Of a stretch of DNA of 64,000 bases, positions 20,518 through 31,054 are shown in pieces. The number at the start of each line of letters is the position of its first letter. Position 1 is the stretch's first letter. The DNA is from a virus, in the UHGV virus genome UHGV-0165490, one strand, 5' to 3'. The translations under genes and the position numbers were made by a program. Below the pieces are notes generated by a model that saw only the letters and a list, made by a program, of their open reading frames with translations, did not search any database and was not told where the DNA came from.

Positions 20518-21150
20518 TTAATTCGGATCATCAAAAATTAAATCAACATTAAATGTACTATTTTCTTCCAAGTAAACAACATCAGGAAAAACAAATGATT
20601 GATATTGATTAGTGATTAAGGTGTTAACATTTTTATTTATAATACTGCTACCACCCGATGAAACATGACAGCCTAACGAAAACTGGGTTATCGCACTCGT
20701 ACCCCACATCAAAATATTGACTTCAACGCCCGCCACCTGAATATTACCAGACCCTAAATCATCAACAACTTGTGAAGGAAATAGATAAAAATTGTGATCA
20801 TTACTTGAGCCCACAGTCAATGTGCTCAAATCAAAATAATTAACAGTGTCATTATACCCACCGTAAGGTAAATATAAATAACCCACTCTACCCGCACTAT
20901 TATTTAAAACAAGTCTAAAAATAATATTACCCGAAATGCGTGTCCCGGAGGGCCCAGCTGAGAATAACATATTGTTCATTTGTGTCACAACGGGAACAAT
21001 ATTCGCCTCCCACATTAATCGCCGAGGACCCGAAGGGTCATCCCAGTATATTTGTCGTATTTCCGTGGGATTGCCATTCTCATCGGTAACGACGGCGCGT
21101 ACCAGATTTTTTACTACCGCGGAGGCATTTGTTATTTTAATTGATGCCAT
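20518..21150 (-). CDS. Putative tail fibre-associated / receptor-binding protein
   Basis: Beta-rich; lies between the fibre and adhesin genes. Confidence 0.45.
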   Translation of the reverse strand: MASIKITNASAVVKNLVRAVVTDENGNPTEIRQIYWDDPSGPRRLMWEANIVPVVTQMNNMLFSAGPSGTRISGNIIFRLVLNNSAGRVGYLYLPYGGYNDTVNYFDLSTLTVGSSNDHNFYLFPSQVVDDLGSGNIQVAGVEVNILMWGTSAITQFSLGCHVSSGGSSIINKNVNTLITNQYQSFVFPDVVYLEENSTFNVDLIFDDPN

Positions 21151-21154
21151 ATTA

Positions 21155-24100
21155 TTATGCTGTTACAAAATACATCGTGTTCGGGGTAAGTGTTGACGGT
21201 AATGACGACACAACTTGTTGACTTAAACCATTCCATTTTGTGGCAGAACCGTTAAAGGTAGTCGCAAACATAGAACTAAAAGGCTTAGCGGAAGAACCCA
21301 CACTCGATGCCGTTGTAAGCGGAAGAACTCCTCCCGTATGAATCGTCTGAATATATCCCGACCGGTAAGTGCGATCTGCTGTTCCAATAGCCGCTGTTGC
21401 AGTAGTTACTGGAAGTAATGTCACCCCTACGTATATATTATTTCCATATATATTCTGAAATATTCTCGATGCGCTACCTAAGAAACATGTACTTGTGGCT
21501 CGTGGTATCAGCCCTGATTGAACAACGCAATTTTCGCCGCCTGGATTAAGGTTTGTTATATTTGCATTTGTTACTGTGACTGTTGATGCTGAAAATGCGC
21601 CGTTTCCGTCCCTGGCTACCAATGCTGCTGCTGTATTTGCAGAAGCATACGCTATTCCACCAGACAGGGCAGTAGCTGCTGACCATTTGGCTAATTGCCC
21701 CGCGACTCCACCGGAACCAGTAACGGGAGAGGATAAATTATATGCATCCCAGATTTTGTAATTGGTCGCAGTGCCACCTACATTCCGAGCGTGGTATATA
21801 TCTGTGTTAGTGGATCTAATTAAGACCCCGGGGGTACTTAAATGTCCAAGGACCAGGATATTTGAACCGGGAGCTACGTATGCCATATCTACAATATTTC
21901 CTTCTGAACTATAAGACTTAAGTTTTTGTCCATTAGGTATGTAAATACTCTCCGACGTGTAAAGGTTTTTAACTTTTAAATTCGCGTATGAACCATCCCC
22001 TTTACCTGACCCCAAGTGATAATCTGTTATTCCACCCGCACATCCTCGATAATTCAACCACACGCCAGAGAGAGCTTCTGTTTGTGATATGAATGTAACT
22101 TCGTTACCATTATACAAGAAATTATTTGACATTCCTTGCATCGCCACATCCCGCCACACACTCAATGTTCCGTTACTCACCCCGGCAACTCTAAGCTCCC
22201 CTCCTGTTGATATTGATAGAATACCTCCCGTGTACCAATTCGTACCGCCAGAATCAAATCTTAATAGCATATTACAGGAATACCCGAACTCGCCATCTAC
22301 TGAAGCACCTTGTCTGTATATACCCCCTTGTAAGTTTAATAAACTTGTTGTAACACCCTGAGCAGATCTCGGTATATAACTATTCAAATCCGTCGTGGTA
22401 GCTGGACTCGAAAGATTGTATTCGTCCCAGATTTTATACTCCGCTGATGCGCCTCTTTTGTGTATAAGATCAGAGGCTGATGATGTCAATATCGTGGTGG
22501 TGTGTTGAGTTCCCACGGTTACATTATCATTAGATGACATGTGTATTAATGGGTATTCCTTCCCTTGCGAAGTTAATCCATATATTGCCTTATTATTTAA
22601 TAGTCGCGCACCGGCATTTATGTACAGTTTGCCAGTAAGAGGGGCACTTGGGCCTGCTGTAAGAGGAAGGTAATCACCACTTGGTTGTCCTCCACCAATA
22701 TTCACGGTTAAATCAGTGGAGCCATTATAAGTTCCCAGGGTTGTACTTCCATTTGTAAAGGTGATAGTGCCTTGTACCTTTCCGGCAGTTAACCCCGCAT
22801 AAGTTCCATTTTGCAACGCCGGGTTTGATAAATTATAAGCGTCCCAGATTTTGTAAGGGGTTCCAGTGCGACTATGTATAAGATCAGAAGCCGTTGAAGA
22901 TATTAACATATCATACGAAGCGTCACCCACAACAAGCCTATTATTCGGCATGGAATACACCACGGCTTTTATATCGCCATCTTCATTCGTAGCTCTCAAC
23001 GCAACATTAAATGGAAGATTCACACCCTGATTGGCAAACAATTGGCCTGTTAACGGTTTTGTTGCCCCTGCCGTTAACGGTAAGTAACCATCGAGATCAG
23101 TGCTGCCTGCCGGGTTAGGGAGGTTATAGGAGTCCCATATCTTGTATGAATCACCGTTCCTGTCCCGAAGTACATCCGTGTTGCCTGTCCTTAATATAAG
23201 CTGGGAATTCGATGTGTTTCCAATAACAAAATTATTGTTATCATTAAAATATGCTTGTAGTAATACAGATCCAGCAGTATTTTTCCAGGAAAGACCGATA
23301 TTATTATTAAATGTAACACCCCCAGTCATGATACCCCCGCTTAAAAGAAGATAAGCTGTAAGATCACTTCTCTTTGCCGGGTTAGGAAGGTTATGTGCAT
23401 CCCACATTCTATAAGCTGAACCCGATGAAATCGAACCTTGTTCTCCTATGTAATGATAAATATCAGTATTATGGGTTGACATCAAATATGTTCGATTCAC
23501 GTAATTACCCAAGAACACATAATCATCACTCTCCGATTCATGGTCTGTATTTGTGGATATTGCGTATCTATTTTTTTGTGTAAAAAGTAGATTCTTGACA
23601 CCGTTGAAATATAATCCTCCGGTTAATTTTTTCGTACTCCCGGCAGATAAGGGAAGATATTGCGCAAGTGCATCTGTCACTCCCTTCTGGGATATAACAC
23701 CTTCAGTTGACTGGCCTAATGTTTGATATATCGCAGGATAATTCACAAGATCTGAGTAATTATGCTTATGCGCGGGAATATTGGGATTACTCGGATCTGG
23801 GGCCGCCAGAACTGTCGCCCCATTAATAAGATTTGTTAACCGCCGCAAGAGCTGTGACGACATAACACCCGCTTTACTCGCTGACGCGGTGGGAATTGTG
23901 GCTGATGAACCCGCCGTATTTGTTATAATAACTGAATCTTCCTTGGTGTCAACACCAAGATTAACTTCTATCTTGACAAGCCCCAAACTTTCCCACGAAT
24001 TTGTCACGGAATCCCACACTATTTTCTCGGTATCCTTAAAGGTTTTACCTGAATAGGGGTCAGTAACCGTTCCACCGGAAGGAGATGTAATAATTATATA

Positions 24101-24469
24101 CATATCGCCACCCTCTAACGCGGCAGGGGCGGGAAAATCCGCGGCAACACGAATAACACCCTTAAAATCCAAAGGATTACCAACTGCAGAACGAACAAAA
24201 TCAACAACTTTTATTTTATTATCATTCGTTCCATCATTTATTATAAGATAATCGTTATCGTTCGCGATCGTTTTCGCGGGCAATGATATCAAATAACCCC
24301 CGATGGTTATCTTCACCCATTCCTGTGTTGCCAAATCAACCCAGCTTGTACCTCCCCATACCTTAAATGAATAAGGAAGAATCGTAGGGTTGCACCATAT
24401 AATCGTTGTATTACTTGGTGCAACATCCCCTATATATATACCCGCAACTTGTCCTAAATTTTTTATCAT
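21155..24469 (-). CDS. Tail fibre protein with internal repeats
   Basis: Repeats of YLPL(T/S)AG...Y(K/R)(I/M)WDxxNLx(N/S)P; Gly/Ser/Thr-rich. Confidence 0.85.
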   Translation of the reverse strand: MIKNLGQVAGIYIGDVAPSNTTIIWCNPTILPYSFKVWGGTSWVDLATQEWVKITIGGYLISLPAKTIANDNDYLIINDGTNDNKIKVVDFVRSAVGNPLDFKGVIRVAADFPAPAALEGGDMYIIITSPSGGTVTDPYSGKTFKDTEKIVWDSVTNSWESLGLVKIEVNLGVDTKEDSVIITNTAGSSATIPTASASKAGVMSSQLLRRLTNLINGATVLAAPDPSNPNIPAHKHNYSDLVNYPAIYQTLGQSTEGVISQKGVTDALAQYLPLSAGSTKKLTGGLYFNGVKNLLFTQKNRYAISTNTDHESESDDYVFLGNYVNRTYLMSTHNTDIYHYIGEQGSISSGSAYRMWDAHNLPNPAKRSDLTAYLLLSGGIMTGGVTFNNNIGLSWKNTAGSVLLQAYFNDNNNFVIGNTSNSQLILRTGNTDVLRDRNGDSYKIWDSYNLPNPAGSTDLDGYLPLTAGATKPLTGQLFANQGVNLPFNVALRATNEDGDIKAVVYSMPNNRLVVGDASYDMLISSTASDLIHSRTGTPYKIWDAYNLSNPALQNGTYAGLTAGKVQGTITFTNGSTTLGTYNGSTDLTVNIGGGQPSGDYLPLTAGPSAPLTGKLYINAGARLLNNKAIYGLTSQGKEYPLIHMSSNDNVTVGTQHTTTILTSSASDLIHKRGASAEYKIWDEYNLSSPATTTDLNSYIPRSAQGVTTSLLNLQGGIYRQGASVDGEFGYSCNMLLRFDSGGTNWYTGGILSISTGGELRVAGVSNGTLSVWRDVAMQGMSNNFLYNGNEVTFISQTEALSGVWLNYRGCAGGITDYHLGSGKGDGSYANLKVKNLYTSESIYIPNGQKLKSYSSEGNIVDMAYVAPGSNILVLGHLSTPGVLIRSTNTDIYHARNVGGTATNYKIWDAYNLSSPVTGSGGVAGQLAKWSAATALSGGIAYASANTAAALVARDGNGAFSASTVTVTNANITNLNPGGENCVVQSGLIPRATSTCFLGSASRIFQNIYGNNIYVGVTLLPVTTATAAIGTADRTYRSGYIQTIHTGGVLPLTTASSVGSSAKPFSSMFATTFNGSATKWNGLSQQVVSSLPSTLTPNTMYFVTA

Positions 24470-24486
24470 ATCAAAAACTTTAACAC

Positions 24487-24789
24487 TTAATCATCTATTG
24501 ATTGGATCAAATAGCCCTCATCATTAATATAATATTGATCAGGATTCACACTATCAACAAACAAATCTCCATTTTTATCAACCGAAAAATTGTCTTTTAC
24601 CTCGATCTGATCATATCTCCAAATTAAATCACCTATCCCTGTCATTACTCCCTCGATAAACTTCTCGACATTTGAAATAAAAAACATCATAAATGGTGAA
24701 TCACCAGTATCATAATAAGTGAAAATACTTATTTCAGGCCTGGTGATATTAAAAACCGTTTTTGTTCGTATCAATTTCGTTTCACTCAT
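24487..24789 (-). CDS. Putative baseplate protein
   Basis: Follows the baseplate J gene. Confidence 0.45.
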   Translation of the reverse strand: MSETKLIRTKTVFNITRPEISIFTYYDTGDSPFMMFFISNVEKFIEGVMTGIGDLIWRYDQIEVKDNFSVDKNGDLFVDSVNPDQYYINDEGYLIQSIDD

Positions 24790-26005
24790 CTTCTACCGCG
24801 TAAAAAATAGGAAGGGGCTGATTGTTCGTATCAAAAAGCAGCCCTCCTTGTAAATCTAACATCTTAAATTGCTTAATTCGGGGCAATAAACCAAAAGGGA
24901 TATATTCATCAATGGAAGGATTGAAATACTCATCGGGAACATATTTAACACCCGATGTATTTTTAACAATCTGTAGTAAATCATCCCACTCTACTTTACC
25001 TCCATCCGTCCATTTATTAAAATCAAAATATTTTGTTAAATTGATTTGAATATTTCTTCGTACATCATCAACAGTAAATCCCGGTTGAATTTCTATCCTA
25101 AATTCAACACCCAATACGCCACCTACAAAATAATAATCAATATTTTCCAACACTATCCCCACGACATTTCCATATCTATCCTTGTCACTCAAAGGGAAAT
25201 AGGGAGCGGCTTGTTCAAGTAATGACCCTAATTCTTCTTGCGTAAACTGGGCACCATTCACCGTCGCTAATTTCAAAGATAAATTGCCAGCACTATTAAT
25301 ACCAAAATTATATAATTTCAAAACCCTATCATCCAACCTTTGAAATATTTGCGTAAAGTACTCCCGGGTCGTCATTGAAAGAATATTGGGATTATTTTTT
25401 ATTCTCACCCTGAATTGTTCATCGGTTTCTATATCGCGACCACCTATCGCATAATATTCATTTGTACACGCTATAAATCCCACAGGTGGATTTACCATAT
25501 TTACAATTGTGTTAGGAGCGACATTTGTAAAAGAACCCTGCGATTGTGATGATACCTTTACATACCCGTAATTATTCCCATCAGCACCGATATGCCAAAT
25601 TTTATCATTTGGATCACTATTGTCATTATTTTCTTCGACAGTGAATCTCACACCATCAACATTCAAAAATTCCATTCCCGGTAAAAAGTCCGTGACAACG
25701 CCATTACCCTGAATGGCGACCAAAACATATGTTGATGAACCTAACGCGGTGTTATTTCTTGGTGGTACACCAAACAACTCAGCTGCTATATCAAGATCTT
25801 CTCCTGAGGCTGTTTCGGGTAGTAAACGTGATTCAACTATAGCGATATCTTTCAAACATTTTTGTGCAACTTTCGCTACACCAAAGGCGGTTGCGTTAAC
25901 AACAGACGAATCACTTATATCTGTAACCTTATCTGTTTTATTTAAAAAAAGTTCAATAAATAAACTTTTTAAAAGTGATATTGTATGTTTAACCCCTATT
26001 ATCAT
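24782..26005 (-). CDS. Baseplate J-like wedge protein
   Basis: TASGEDLD...GGRDIETDEQFRVRI, a BppJ/gp47 signature. Confidence 0.9.
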   Translation of the reverse strand: MIIGVKHTISLLKSLFIELFLNKTDKVTDISDSSVVNATAFGVAKVAQKCLKDIAIVESRLLPETASGEDLDIAAELFGVPPRNNTALGSSTYVLVAIQGNGVVTDFLPGMEFLNVDGVRFTVEENNDNSDPNDKIWHIGADGNNYGYVKVSSQSQGSFTNVAPNTIVNMVNPPVGFIACTNEYYAIGGRDIETDEQFRVRIKNNPNILSMTTREYFTQIFQRLDDRVLKLYNFGINSAGNLSLKLATVNGAQFTQEELGSLLEQAAPYFPLSDKDRYGNVVGIVLENIDYYFVGGVLGVEFRIEIQPGFTVDDVRRNIQINLTKYFDFNKWTDGGKVEWDDLLQIVKNTSGVKYVPDEYFNPSIDEYIPFGLLPRIKQFKMLDLQGGLLFDTNNQPLPIFYAVEDE

Positions 26006-26910
26006 ATACTTATATTCGTTAAATAACTATCATTGGTCACTGTGACAACATTAATATTCATCATCACATAATCGTCTTTTTGTTCCAAGGATAAAAGGTT
26101 TATCTCCTTAAATCTATCATCCTTGGAAAACATCGCGGATAGATTTCTAAACAAAGTTGGGTATTGTATCACCGCGACACTTGTTCCAATAACATCATTC
26201 GAAATCCCATCTTCAGGAAACTCCGGGATATCTCCTTTTAATGTACTAATAATGGTGTCAACTGTTTGTTCAATAGCATCACCATACTCAACAACCGCGA
26301 CATCATTGTTGTCAAAATGAAATTTTTTATCAATATCCTTCCCCAGAATCCTCTCTCCAATTAAATGATCAACAACTGTTTGAATACTAAAATTCGCTGT
26401 TGGTGCGAAACTGATTTTAAACATGGGCCCACCCTGCTCCGCTGAATAATCCTCTTCGTTAATAAGGTTTCTGACAGCTATATTTTCCCAGTCATTCTGA
26501 GGGTCAGCGCTACCCACTGATCGTGCAACATCTTCAAAATTTTCATAATCACTCAATGTTCTCTGCAAATAAAATGTACTATCATATGTACCCACTTTTG
26601 ATGAACGCATCCACTTACCTGTGTTTTTTATTGATAGTAGAGATGTTTTTATTTCCTCAAAATTATCGAGGAGCTCCCAGAACACCAATAAATTTAATTC
26701 ATTATTATGATCATAAAACGCGGTTTCAATTGCTTCGGATTGTTTTAGGAGTTGATCCACGAGTCTAAATCCATCTCCCGGTAAATCCCCACCTTCATAA
26801 TACGCTATTATTGCCGCGTAATACGAATTCACCAGGGTAGTATAATCCTGGAAAAAGGCCCCTATATCAACGCCCGTTATCTCCTTAAATTGTTCTAATG
26901 AAATATCCAT
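26002..26910 (-). CDS. Baseplate wedge protein (C-terminal gp25-like domain)
   Basis: GKDI...Q...LKGDIPEFPEDG...DDRF; upstream of baseplate J. Confidence 0.7.
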   Translation of the reverse strand: MDISLEQFKEITGVDIGAFFQDYTTLVNSYYAAIIAYYEGGDLPGDGFRLVDQLLKQSEAIETAFYDHNNELNLLVFWELLDNFEEIKTSLLSIKNTGKWMRSSKVGTYDSTFYLQRTLSDYENFEDVARSVGSADPQNDWENIAVRNLINEEDYSAEQGGPMFKISFAPTANFSIQTVVDHLIGERILGKDIDKKFHFDNNDVAVVEYGDAIEQTVDTIISTLKGDIPEFPEDGISNDVIGTSVAVIQYPTLFRNLSAMFSKDDRFKEINLLSLEQKDDYVMMNINVVTVTNDSYLTNISI

Positions 26911-26912
26911 TT

Positions 26913-27677
26913 TTACAATAACAATTCTAAAACTTTTGACGCAACACCACTAACTGTTTTCTGAATCGCCTCCCCGCTTAATATTTTTACCAATGATGTT
27001 TTAATACCATCACGAGCAATAATAAGTTCCAACGGAGCTAAAATAGTTAAATCCAAATTATATGTCCAAATTCCATTTCTACCCACATTCTGCTGTACAG
27101 ATAGACCTGAATTGGGAACCGAAACGAGATAACTTTCACCTAAAGCCATGTTATAAAAATACAACCTGAAAGGTTTCCCTTTATCGTCAACACCATTTGA
27201 TTTCGATATTATAGCTCTCAATATATTCAACGCTCCAAACCCTGTCTTAATCCCCGCTTCAAGTACCTTAAAATTCGCAGATAATGTTTTCGCTTTCAAT
27301 TGATACAGATCGTATTTACCACTTTGTATTGAATACGCAACAGCATCACCCACAGCCTGCTTGCTGTTTATAACTAACTTCATGTACTTACCAAAATCAC
27401 CTTCGAGTGAAATGGTCTGAGGTGCAAACCCGGTACTACTTAATGCCGTAACACCCGTGCTCGACTGGACTATCTGTGTTCTTTTACTTTCCTGTTTTCT
27501 TATCCTTGTAGGCATAATAGGAAAACTGAAGAAGTCAATTGTGTTTCCCGAACCATCCGTCAATTCAAGTGCAACTAAATAATATTCAAAATCATGAGGA
27601 GCTGCTGCTGCGAGGGCTGATCGACCCATTTGTGCAGCAAAATCAACAATTCTTCTTATCTCAGTGTTAACAGCCAT
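26913..27677 (-). CDS. Baseplate hub / tail tube initiator-like protein
   Basis: FPIMP...ISLEGDFG...WTYNLDL pattern; position in tail module. Confidence 0.55.
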   Translation of the reverse strand: MAVNTEIRRIVDFAAQMGRSALAAAAPHDFEYYLVALELTDGSGNTIDFFSFPIMPTRIRKQESKRTQIVQSSTGVTALSSTGFAPQTISLEGDFGKYMKLVINSKQAVGDAVAYSIQSGKYDLYQLKAKTLSANFKVLEAGIKTGFGALNILRAIISKSNGVDDKGKPFRLYFYNMALGESYLVSVPNSGLSVQQNVGRNGIWTYNLDLTILAPLELIIARDGIKTSLVKILSGEAIQKTVSGVASKVLELLL

Positions 27678-27891
27678 AACTCATAACTTTTTATCGTATA
27701 AATATACGAATTATGTATGAAAACACTCTCAGGAAGGATATAAAATCTCTTTATATATTTGTAATTGAGAGGAGATGGTGCTCCTCTCAATAAATTAGTC
27801 GGCTTGGGCTGCCATAAAAAACCCATATTCAAATGTACAGTGATAAAGATAGAGTGTTTGAAGTAAAATGCCAACAATTTGCCTCGTAAAT

Positions 27892-28890
27892 CTATTTATG
27901 AGAGGGGTGTTGTACTGTTTTATCATCATACTCTGTTACACTGAATGGTGAAGAAGGGTCTGACGATGATGATGGTTTTTCAAGTGTGACAGTTCCCACG
28001 CTACCTGTTCCTACTGTTGCTGTTGTTACCGCCGGGTGAACGTGATTATTAAATACCGTGATAAATGAATTTAATTCATCTTTTAATTTATTCAATCTAT
28101 CTGTTAATGCACCAATTGCAACAGCGGCTTCACCCCCGCCATTTAACACAACTTTTCCATCAGAATTTGATTCAATTGATGATAAATTGCCATTTTCATC
28201 CCTAACCTCAACAAGTAATTTTTCAGGTGTTACTGTGACATCGACCAAATTATTATTAACATCCTTTATTGATAAGATGGCGCTTTCTCTTGTAATTTCA
28301 TTATTCACTAATTCATTCCCCTCGTTATCCTTAATTTTTGAGTTTATTAGCGTGTATGACGTTGAATTAATCGGCCCCTCACTCATAACATTGATTTTGC
28401 CGGAAGCGTTAATATAAAACTCTCCCTTACCTTTTAATCCCTTCACGTCAATCCTCATCACACCATCATTATTCCCGACAAGCGCTATATCAATAACACC
28501 CTTACTTGGTGACACATTTAATGAAAATAAACCTCCTCCATACACAAAATCTTTTCTCCATCCGCCTTCCTCAAAATATCTCATCTCATCATTGAATGCC
28601 AGCGTTCCAATAACAACAGGTTTACTCTTAAACGCTTCAGAAACCATCACAACACAAGAACCAAGCAGATCACTATTTTCAGGAAAAATTAAATCCTGCA
28701 TAACTTGCTCCATCACATAGCAATCAGATATAACGCTTCCATTCATATCCGTTATCACATCAACCATGCACTTATTGTAACATGTTTGAATATAATCATC
28801 ACGGTTCACTCCCCGTGGTATAAACACATAACCATACACAATAGGAAGAAATGTGTTTGCTCTCGTATATGGACTAACCCCTATCTCCAT
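27892..28890 (-). CDS. Baseplate central spike (gpV/gp5-like)
   Basis: Beta-helix-like repeats and C-terminal FNNHVH iron-binding motif. Confidence 0.75.
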   Translation of the reverse strand: MEIGVSPYTRANTFLPIVYGYVFIPRGVNRDDYIQTCYNKCMVDVITDMNGSVISDCYVMEQVMQDLIFPENSDLLGSCVVMVSEAFKSKPVVIGTLAFNDEMRYFEEGGWRKDFVYGGGLFSLNVSPSKGVIDIALVGNNDGVMRIDVKGLKGKGEFYINASGKINVMSEGPINSTSYTLINSKIKDNEGNELVNNEITRESAILSIKDVNNNLVDVTVTPEKLLVEVRDENGNLSSIESNSDGKVVLNGGGEAAVAIGALTDRLNKLKDELNSFITVFNNHVHPAVTTATVGTGSVGTVTLEKPSSSSDPSSPFSVTEYDDKTVQHPSHK

Positions 28891-31054
28891 CTTCTTTCTG
28901 AATGTTTAAATATCTTCGTTTCATAAAATATTCCCACGCGGCCCTATTGATTGCGCTTTGTTGCCCTGAAAATAAAATTAAATTCTCTTCGTTATTTCTA
29001 TTTTTCGAATATTCAACCAAACCTTCTTTCATTAAATCGGTGTCAACTAAATCAAAATATGAATATTTTGATTTCTTGCCATCAACGGTTTCACCTTTTA
29101 TCAAATCAAATCTCATTCCCCGTTCAACTTGAATCTCCGTCGTTCTCATTAAATTGCCACTCAATGTTGTTGTTTGACGAACATTTGTCACGTAATACAA
29201 TTCATCCGTTGCTTCCAAGCGTATAAACGTACCCACCTTTATTCTTCTATCGCCGTTTAAAACTATTCGTCCCTGGCGAGTGAAAGGTAAATATATCGTT
29301 GTTTCAATAACATACACAAGATCATTAATCATTACCTGAATAGTATTGTTTATGCTATCTTGTTTATCCACGCCTTTCGTGCAATCAATGTTAATATATG
29401 AATCGGATATAATAATCCTCTTATTGCCGAATGTCTCCGCTATCACGGGAAATAAAACAACAGGAACAATCGCTGAACCCCACGAACCCGAACTACTCGA
29501 CAAATAATTATCTATATTAAGTTGATATTGAGAAAAACATGTGTTATTAAAACTCAAATCATAACTCAATAAATCCTTGTTCTCAATAGTAATATACCCT
29601 CCCTTCATATCAACAACACTATACACGGCGCTTTTTGTAAATGGCGGTTGACGAACAATTATATCAAATGTATCCCCCCATGTATCCCCCCAAAATTCAA
29701 CAAAAGGTTTTTGACAAGCTCTATTAAAAAAATCCATCATTGTCCCCTGTATTGACCCCAAATCACCTGTTAAACGTCTTTGGTTCAAAATATTCTCAAC
29801 AAATAAATTAACAATTTGCCATACACCCCTCACCTTACCTGTAATACCACGTACCGGTTGAGCAGTGCGCTTCCGTGTACTATAACTTTCAAAAACATCA
29901 TCTTTCACAACGCCGATATTGGATAAATTATCTATGACGAATAATAATGTTTCCCTGATTGATCTAAGTCCCTTGGTAAGGTATTTGTCCAAAATTTCGC
30001 CGGTCAAATAGTTTCTCTTAAATTGCCCACTCTTTTCATTCGTAGGGGAACCTGCGTAAAACAGTGAACTTCCTTGCATATAAATCCAAGGAAAAAAATA
30101 TGCACCATCTTCCATCAAAAGTTTTGTAAAATCTCTTCCAATTATTGTCTCTTGTGCATTCGCACCTTCCGCGACATAATTAAATGACACTGTATCAATC
30201 AATCCAATCATATCCCAAATTTTTACAGGAGAATTGATTTTTTCAATATCTGCAAAATGGAAAGGATTAGCGAGCGCGCTTTTTTTTATGAACTGGTTTA
30301 TATCACCTTTTGTGTAAATATTATCTCTCTCCAAATTTAAACGTTCAAATCGTATAAAAACAAGATCATTTTCCTGTAATATTGACGACAGGAAACTTTC
30401 CGTCGATCCCCCTTTATTATCAATAATATTAAATTGATTTATTACTTCCGTCAAATTTACGCCACCCTCCCTCACAATTAAATCCTTAAAATCTCTCGAC
30501 GGTGAAACAGCAATAGAAAAGCTACCAACCCCAAAACCTTTATTTGTACTACAGGCAGAAACAAGAGGCGATATATCAATTAATTCATCTATAACTTTGC
30601 TATAAATCCACACGCGAATGTTTAAATTTTGAATTTGCGCATCAATGGTTGAACGATGTGCGCCCACGACCAATGTTTCAGCTTTTGTATATCCATCACT
30701 GCTCATAAGTGCCTTCATGCTCTCAGTGAAATAAGCCTTTATATTGGTACTTTGCCTCAAATAACCCCCTGAATTTATAGGATCAGCCACGTTCACCTTT
30801 ATCAACGGAACGGGTAAACAGATTACCGTGCCCGCTTTAATGCGTTCAACTTTCTGACTCTCATCCGGGTCATAACGCAAACGAATAAGATCACCGTTAT
30901 TATACTTCGCCAGGGGATTAACCTTTAAATCCAAAAACGCCGCGTAAGTGAGTTGCAAATCTTTGGGTACGTTATTCACCTGATTAAACCGTGTCAAATA
31001 ATCGTCAACCGAAATATCTTCACTGACTGTGACAAAAACCATTTTCATAATCAT
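28874..31054 (-). CDS. Baseplate hub protein
   Basis: GRDFTKLL, KPFVEFWGD, RQPPF, GDRRIKVG; between tape measure and spike. Confidence 0.65.
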   Translation of the reverse strand: MIMKMVFVTVSEDISVDDYLTRFNQVNNVPKDLQLTYAAFLDLKVNPLAKYNNGDLIRLRYDPDESQKVERIKAGTVICLPVPLIKVNVADPINSGGYLRQSTNIKAYFTESMKALMSSDGYTKAETLVVGAHRSTIDAQIQNLNIRVWIYSKVIDELIDISPLVSACSTNKGFGVGSFSIAVSPSRDFKDLIVREGGVNLTEVINQFNIIDNKGGSTESFLSSILQENDLVFIRFERLNLERDNIYTKGDINQFIKKSALANPFHFADIEKINSPVKIWDMIGLIDTVSFNYVAEGANAQETIIGRDFTKLLMEDGAYFFPWIYMQGSSLFYAGSPTNEKSGQFKRNYLTGEILDKYLTKGLRSIRETLLFVIDNLSNIGVVKDDVFESYSTRKRTAQPVRGITGKVRGVWQIVNLFVENILNQRRLTGDLGSIQGTMMDFFNRACQKPFVEFWGDTWGDTFDIIVRQPPFTKSAVYSVVDMKGGYITIENKDLLSYDLSFNNTCFSQYQLNIDNYLSSSSGSWGSAIVPVVLFPVIAETFGNKRIIISDSYINIDCTKGVDKQDSINNTIQVMINDLVYVIETTIYLPFTRQGRIVLNGDRRIKVGTFIRLEATDELYYVTNVRQTTTLSGNLMRTTEIQVERGMRFDLIKGETVDGKKSKYSYFDLVDTDLMKEGLVEYSKNRNNEENLILFSGQQSAINRAAWEYFMKRRYLNIQKEDGDRG

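Noticed and set aside
15085..24469. Diversity-generating retroelement acting on tail fibres
   Set aside because: No reverse transcriptase and no adenine-mismatched TR/VR pair seen in this window
27764..27800. preQ1 riboswitch suggested by a GAGAGG stem and A-rich tail in a que-encoding phage
   Set aside because: Lacks the UUC loop and pseudoknot tail, and is not upstream of que genes
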